The position numbers were made by a program, and so were the translations under genes. Below, one piece after another: positions 59,441-64,000 of a DNA stretch of 64,000 nt. Source of the stretch: an uncultured Verrucomicrobiae bacterium (GTDB lineage: Bacteria > Verrucomicrobiota > Verrucomicrobiia > Chthoniobacterales > UBA10450); NCBI GenBank assembly GCA_963735805.1, contig CAVTMK010000004.1, positions 352,001-416,000 on the forward strand, in the 5' to 3' direction. The notes under the pieces are model-generated. The model ran no database searches. It was not told the DNA's origin and saw only the letters and a list, made by a program, of their open reading frames with translations. Each line of letters begins with the position of its first letter. The stretch's first letter is position 1.

Positions 59441-59471
59441 CAAATTCAAATTCTTGATTAAAAGGTTGCGG

Positions 59472-60200
59472 ATGCTTCGGCCTCTAGCTGTAGTTTTTAG
59501 TGTCATGTCGATTGTGCCGGCCTTCGCCGTCACGCCGGTCGATACATCCAGCCAGATTATCATCAGCGTGCGTGATCAGAAGCTAATGTTTGTACAGAAC
59601 GGCGAGAAAGTGGCGACTTACCCGGTGTCCACGTCCATGTTCGGGCTTGGCGATTCCTGGGGACGAATGACAACGCCTCTGGGTTACCTGGCGGTTGAGA
59701 AAAAAATTGGAGACCATGCACCGACAGGCGCCGTCTTTCATAATCGGCGATTGACTGGCGAAGTTCTTCAGCCCAATGCTCCCGGCCGCGATCCGGTGAC
59801 CACGCGTATCATCTGGTTGCGCGGGCTTGAAGCGCAAAACGCTCATGCTTTTCGCCGTGGCATTTATATTCATGGCACGCCGCAGGAGAAGAGAATCGGC
59901 AGCCCGGCCAGTTATGGCTGCATTCGAATGAAGTCGAGCGACGTGGCCACACTTTATGATCGCGTGCCCCTGGGGGCGCTTGTGCAGATTACCCCCGAAC
60001 ACTTGCCGAAAGTTTCAAAGGCGCCGCGAGTGCAGCCAACTAATACTATCGTCGCTGCCAGCCCAAAACCTCAGAACCACGACGAGACACTTTCTGCTTC
60101 GGCTTCCGACGATACGCTCTCAGTCGAACAAATGCGAAAGGGTGGGGCGCTTGCCGCGCAGAAGCAAAAAGCGAAGCTGGAATTGAATAAACGGTTGTAG
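59472..60200 (+). CDS. L,D-transpeptidase (YkuD family)
   Basis: TPLG, IYIHGT...ASYGCIRM. Confidence 0.9.
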   Translation: MLRPLAVVFSVMSIVPAFAVTPVDTSSQIIISVRDQKLMFVQNGEKVATYPVSTSMFGLGDSWGRMTTPLGYLAVEKKIGDHAPTGAVFHNRRLTGEVLQPNAPGRDPVTTRIIWLRGLEAQNAHAFRRGIYIHGTPQEKRIGSPASYGCIRMKSSDVATLYDRVPLGALVQITPEHLPKVSKAPRVQPTNTIVAASPKPQNHDETLSASASDDTLSVEQMRKGGALAAQKQKAKLELNKRL

Positions 60201-60322
60201 CTCGACCTTGGACAGTTACGCCGTTTGCGGGTCCGGGGGGTGAATCCACGCCTGGGAAACCTGAAGGGTTGACAATCGTAACGCGTTGACGAGCGTGCAG
60301 GTCCATCATTTTTTGATTTACA

Positions 60323-60574
60323 ATGGCAAACACGAAATCAGCCGCCAAACGCGCCCGCCAGACTTTAAGACGATCGCTTCGCAATCGTGCCGTCGTGACG
60401 CGTCTCCGAACAATGCAGAAAACGGTTCGCTCAGACAAAAAGCCGAGCACGGAACAAATTCGCGCATTGATCTCAGCTATCGATAAAGCTGCCAAGCGCG
60501 GGATCATTCACGAAAATGCTGCGAATCGACGCAAGGCGCGGCTCAATAAGGTGTTCGCAGGAACGGCGAAATAA
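60323..60574 (+). CDS. rpsT: 30S ribosomal protein S20
   Basis: MANTKSAAKR, IDKAAKRGIIH.N.A.RRK. Confidence 0.96.
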   Translation: MANTKSAAKRARQTLRRSLRNRAVVTRLRTMQKTVRSDKKPSTEQIRALISAIDKAAKRGIIHENAANRRKARLNKVFAGTAK

Positions 60575-60702
60575 TTTGGAGCAATCGCTCCGCAGCCGAA
60601 AGCAATATCGAGCCAGTTGTCGCCCCCGCGTACCGGTCTCTCAGAGGCGCTGCTGCAGTAAATGCCAATTGCATATCTTGTCGGACGGATAGATTCTTCT
60701 CG

Positions 60703-61290
60703 ATGATTCCAGCTTTTCTGCTTGTGCTTTCAGTTGCGGCCTATCGCATTACCACCGGCTTTTTGATTCATTCGGGGGCGACCTGGCTTTCCAATTTCAC
60801 GCCGCTCGCGGCAATCGCTCTCTGTAGCGCGGCGTACTTTCCAAACAGATACAAGTTCTCGATACCGCTGGTTACGCTTTTTATTTCTGATGCAGTACTT
60901 AACTTCCGCTACGGCGCGCCGCTGCTCGATTCACAAATCGTTGTCCGGTACGTCGCGTTGGCTGCCGTTGGATGTGCCGGCCTTCTTCTGCAGAACCGAA
61001 CATCGCTGAAAACGCTTTTGCCCGCTTCCATCGCTGGATCGATATTTTTTTATGTTATCACAAACGCGTTTTCGTGGTTGAGCGATCCTGGCTACACAAA
61101 AACCGTGGCGGGCCTCATTCAAGCGCTGACAACCGGATTACCTAATTACAGCGCTACCCCCAGTTGGATGTTCTTCCGCAATTCGCTGATCAGCGATCTT
61201 TTGTTTACACTGCTTTTTGTCCTTTCTATTAACCTTGGCAGAAGTGCAGACGGCTCACGCGCCCGTGCCGCGGTTCCGCGCGCGGCTTGA
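60703..61290 (+). CDS. Membrane protein, DUF6580-like putative transporter component
   Basis: NFTPLAAIAL, SD, F.ITN..W, FFRNSL.SD. Confidence 0.65.
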   Translation: MIPAFLLVLSVAAYRITTGFLIHSGATWLSNFTPLAAIALCSAAYFPNRYKFSIPLVTLFISDAVLNFRYGAPLLDSQIVVRYVALAAVGCAGLLLQNRTSLKTLLPASIAGSIFFYVITNAFSWLSDPGYTKTVAGLIQALTTGLPNYSATPSWMFFRNSLISDLLFTLLFVLSINLGRSADGSRARAAVPRAA

Positions 61291-61296
61291 GCCGTC

Positions 61297-62340
61297 ATGC
61301 AGCCGGTGGAGCAGCGCGACGAAGTCGAGATGCTCTCGCTGATGCTGTTGATTCGGCGGTTCGAAGAACGCGCCAGCCAGCAGTATCAAGCGCAGAAGAT
61401 CGGCGGTTTTTGTCATCTTTACATTGGACAAGAAGCAGTTGTGACCGGCGCTATCGCTGCCGTGCGTGATGATGACTACATTATCACCGCTTACCGCGAT
61501 CATGCGCACGCTCTTGCTCGCGGTACGACTGCCGACGCATGCATGGCTGAGCTTTTTGGAAAAGAAACGGGGTGCTCACGCGGCCTAGGCGGCTCGATGC
61601 ATTTTTTCGACAAGAAGCATCACATGTACGGTGGTCACGCCATTGTCGCCGCTCACGTTCCGCTGGCAGTTGGATTGGCTTTCGCCATCAAATACCGTGG
61701 CGAAGATCGTGTGACGCTCTGCTTTTTCGGTGATGGAGCGATCAATCAAGGCGCCTTCCACGAAGCGCTAAACCTCGCAGCTCTTTATAAATTGCCAATC
61801 GTTTTCATTTGTGAAAACAACCTGTTCGCCATGGGTACTTCCGTGAAGCGCTCGACGTCGCTAGGGCAAATCGTCGATCGCGCGGAAGGTTACGACATTC
61901 CAGGAGAAATTATCGATGGAATGAACTTTCGCGAAGTTCGTGACAAGGTTGCTGAGATTGTCGAGTCCATTCGTAAAGAGGCGCACCCGGCGTTCCTGGA
62001 AATGCGAACCTATCGCTATCGAGGCCACTCCATGTCGGATCCGGCCAGTTATCGAACGAAACAGGAATTGGAGAAATATCGCCTCGATGATCCGATCACC
62101 CGTTTGCGAGCGCAGCTCACCCGGGAGGGAAAATTAACAAATGAACAGTTCGATCTGCTCGACAAGCGGGCAAAAGAAACGGTACTGGCGGCGGTGAAGT
62201 TTGCCGAGAAAAGTTCCCAGCCGCCGCTCGATACACTTTACAATTATACATATGCCAACGGAGGTGCAGCGTCAGGCTCCGCCGTAGAATCCGATGAATC
62301 CGCAGCCGATAGAGTCGTCAATAGAGAAGAGAGGCGATGA
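61297..62340 (+). CDS. pdhA: Pyruvate dehydrogenase E1 alpha
   Basis: GFCHLYIGQEA, GDGA, YRYRGHSMSDP. Confidence 0.95.
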   Translation: MQPVEQRDEVEMLSLMLLIRRFEERASQQYQAQKIGGFCHLYIGQEAVVTGAIAAVRDDDYIITAYRDHAHALARGTTADACMAELFGKETGCSRGLGGSMHFFDKKHHMYGGHAIVAAHVPLAVGLAFAIKYRGEDRVTLCFFGDGAINQGAFHEALNLAALYKLPIVFICENNLFAMGTSVKRSTSLGQIVDRAEGYDIPGEIIDGMNFREVRDKVAEIVESIRKEAHPAFLEMRTYRYRGHSMSDPASYRTKQELEKYRLDDPITRLRAQLTREGKLTNEQFDLLDKRAKETVLAAVKFAEKSSQPPLDTLYNYTYANGGAASGSAVESDESAADRVVNREERR

Positions 62341-63320
62341 GAGAAATCACATATCGTCAGGCTCTAAACGAAGCGTTGGCGGAAGAGCTGGAGCGCGATC
62401 CGAATGTATTTCTGATGGGCGAAGAAGTCGCAGAGTACCAGGGCGCGTACAAGGTCAGCCAGGGATTGCTGCAGCGCTTCGGGCCGCGACGGATTATTGA
62501 TACTCCAATTAGTGAAAACGGGTTTGCTGGTTTGGGTGTTGGCGCGGCCATGGTCGGGTTGCGGCCGATCATTGAATTCATGACGTTCAGTTTTTCGTTG
62601 GTGGCATTTGATCAGGTCGTGAATAACGCCCCAAATATGTACACGATGTCGGGGGGGCAATTTAATATTCCCATCACCTTTCGCGGACCAAATGGCCCGG
62701 CGCACCAACTGGGCGCTACCCATTCGCATGCGACGGAGAACTTTTACGCCAGCGTGCCGGGCCTGAAAGTGTGCACCCCGGCCACTCCGCGCGACGCGAA
62801 AGGATTGCTCAAAACGGCCGTGCGCGACAACAACCCTGTCCTCGTGCTGGAGGCGGAGTTGCTCTACAGCTCAAAAGGAATGGTGGAGCCACCGGATGAA
62901 GAATTGCTCATCCCACTTGGAAAAGCTGAAGTGAAGCGTGAAGGCGGCGATGTCTCAATTATTTGTTATTCGCAGACAGTGCCACTGGCACTCAAAGTTG
63001 CCGCCGAACTGGAGGAGGAAGATATTTCCGCGGAAATTCTCGATCTTCGTTCAATCAAACCGCTCGACGAGAAAGCGATTTATGATTCGGTCGCAAAAAC
63101 TCATCGCGTGGTGATTGTCGAACAGGATCATCCCTTCTGCGGGGTGGGCTCGGAGGTGTGCTACCGCATCCAGAAAAACATTTTCGATGCGCTCGACGCG
63201 CCAATCATCCGCGTATCACAGGAAGATGTACCGATGCCTTATAATGAGCGGCTCGAGCACGCTGTCCTGCCAAATGCCGACAAGCTCTTGGCTGCCGTAA
63301 AACAGGTTTGCTACGCGTGA
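62337..63320 (+). CDS. pdhB: Pyruvate dehydrogenase E1 beta
   Basis: GEEV, DTPISE, EFMTF, DLRSIKPLD. Confidence 0.95.
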   Translation: MREITYRQALNEALAEELERDPNVFLMGEEVAEYQGAYKVSQGLLQRFGPRRIIDTPISENGFAGLGVGAAMVGLRPIIEFMTFSFSLVAFDQVVNNAPNMYTMSGGQFNIPITFRGPNGPAHQLGATHSHATENFYASVPGLKVCTPATPRDAKGLLKTAVRDNNPVLVLEAELLYSSKGMVEPPDEELLIPLGKAEVKREGGDVSIICYSQTVPLALKVAAELEEEDISAEILDLRSIKPLDEKAIYDSVAKTHRVVIVEQDHPFCGVGSEVCYRIQKNIFDALDAPIIRVSQEDVPMPYNERLEHAVLPNADKLLAAVKQVCYA

Positions 63321-63410
63321 ATTCAATCAAAAGAATTACAACCGTTACAAAATTCAGAACGCGGGCATTGTAAACGTTGTAAGTCTTGGAATTCCTTTAC
63401 CTTTTCTCCC

Positions 63411-64000
63411 ATGCCTGAAATTCAGATGCCCAAGCTAAGCGACACGATGACCGAGGGTACTCTCGTCGCGTGGAAAAAAAAGAAGGGCGACCAGGTCTCG
63501 GCCGGCGAAGTGCTTGCTGAGATCGAGACCGACAAGGCCACGATGGAATGGGAATCACCCGAGGACGGAACCTTGACGGAGATTTATGTCCGGGAGGGCG
63601 GCAAGGTAAATGTGGGTGACAAGATCGCGTTCATCGGTGGTGAGGGTGAGGAAGCGCCGAAGGAAAGCGAGAAGGAAAAAGAGAAAGAAGAAAAAAAGGA
63701 AAAACCCAAGGCCAGGGAAGAGCAAAAAGAACCCGAGAAGGCGAAAAAAGACGAGAAATCAAAGGAAGAAGAACAGCCGAAAAACGAAGCGAACGAGCAG
63801 AAAAAACAGGCGCCACCAAAGGCGGAAGAGAAAGAGGAACCTGAAAAGCCAGCGCCGAGGATTGGAAAGCCTGAAGAAGCACGAGTGAAGGCGTCGCCGG
63901 TCGCGCGGCGAATTGCCGGGGAGCTTGGTGTTGACCTTTCCAGCGTGAAAGGCACGGGACCAGAAGGTCGTGTGACCGAGACCGACGTACGCGCCGCTGC
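63411..64000 (+). CDS. pdhC: Pyruvate dehydrogenase E2, 3'-partial
   Basis: MPKLSDTMTEG, ETDKAT lipoyl site, charged linker, KASPVARR; absent from the ORF track because there is no stop in the window. Confidence 0.93.
   Translation, partial: MPEIQMPKLSDTMTEGTLVAWKKKKGDQVSAGEVLAEIETDKATMEWESPEDGTLTEIYVREGGKVNVGDKIAFIGGEGEEAPKESEKEKEKEEKKEKPKAREEQKEPEKAKKDEKSKEEEQPKNEANEQKKQAPPKAEEKEEPEKPAPRIGKPEEARVKASPVARRIAGELGVDLSSVKGTGPEGRVTETDVRAA

Noticed and set aside
60575..60702. Cobalamin riboswitch before the DUF6580-like gene
   Set aside because: Only a GCCCCCGC fragment; no GGGAA core or B12-box elements, and the region is short
63650..63880. Purine-rich low-complexity tract
   Set aside because: It is the ordinary Glu/Lys-rich linker of PDH E2
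1..64000. CRISPR array, prophage, IS or integrase
   Set aside because: No regularly spaced identical repeats and no cas, phage or transposase motifs in the ORFs

Overview
This is a gene-dense window of core chromosome. Gene content and style suggest a soil Verrucomicrobiota genome, probably Chthoniobacterales or Ca. Udaeobacter-like; this is an inference and was not tested. It carries housekeeping loci: mpl, gspD/gspE, rpe, mreBCD-mrdA-rng, thiH-thiS, dnaG-rpoD, ribD, acnA, xseB-dxs, gcvT-gcvH, chdC, suhB-ispF-cysS, yicC-gmk-coaC-coaB, mutY, rnhC, HU, rpsT and pdhABC. It also has RNase P RNA and three tRNAs (Arg-UCG, His-GUG, Ser-GGA). I saw no CRISPR array, prophage, integrase or transposase. 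The most interesting signal is below the ORF-track cutoff: an apparently self-contained mini transcription unit at about 48110-48370 (minus strand). It has a promoter-like motif, a structured leader, a strong SD sequence, an 18-aa Lys-rich ORF (MAKKKKAAKKKSAKKKRH), a hairpin and a terminator. The window also holds many small repeats: GTCAT-type and GTAG-type REP-like palindromes and degenerate 7-9-mer arrays. Several sit in frame inside genes (acnA, cysS, ispF, nfeD, and the rnhC start). coaB has a frameshift, probably an assembly error.
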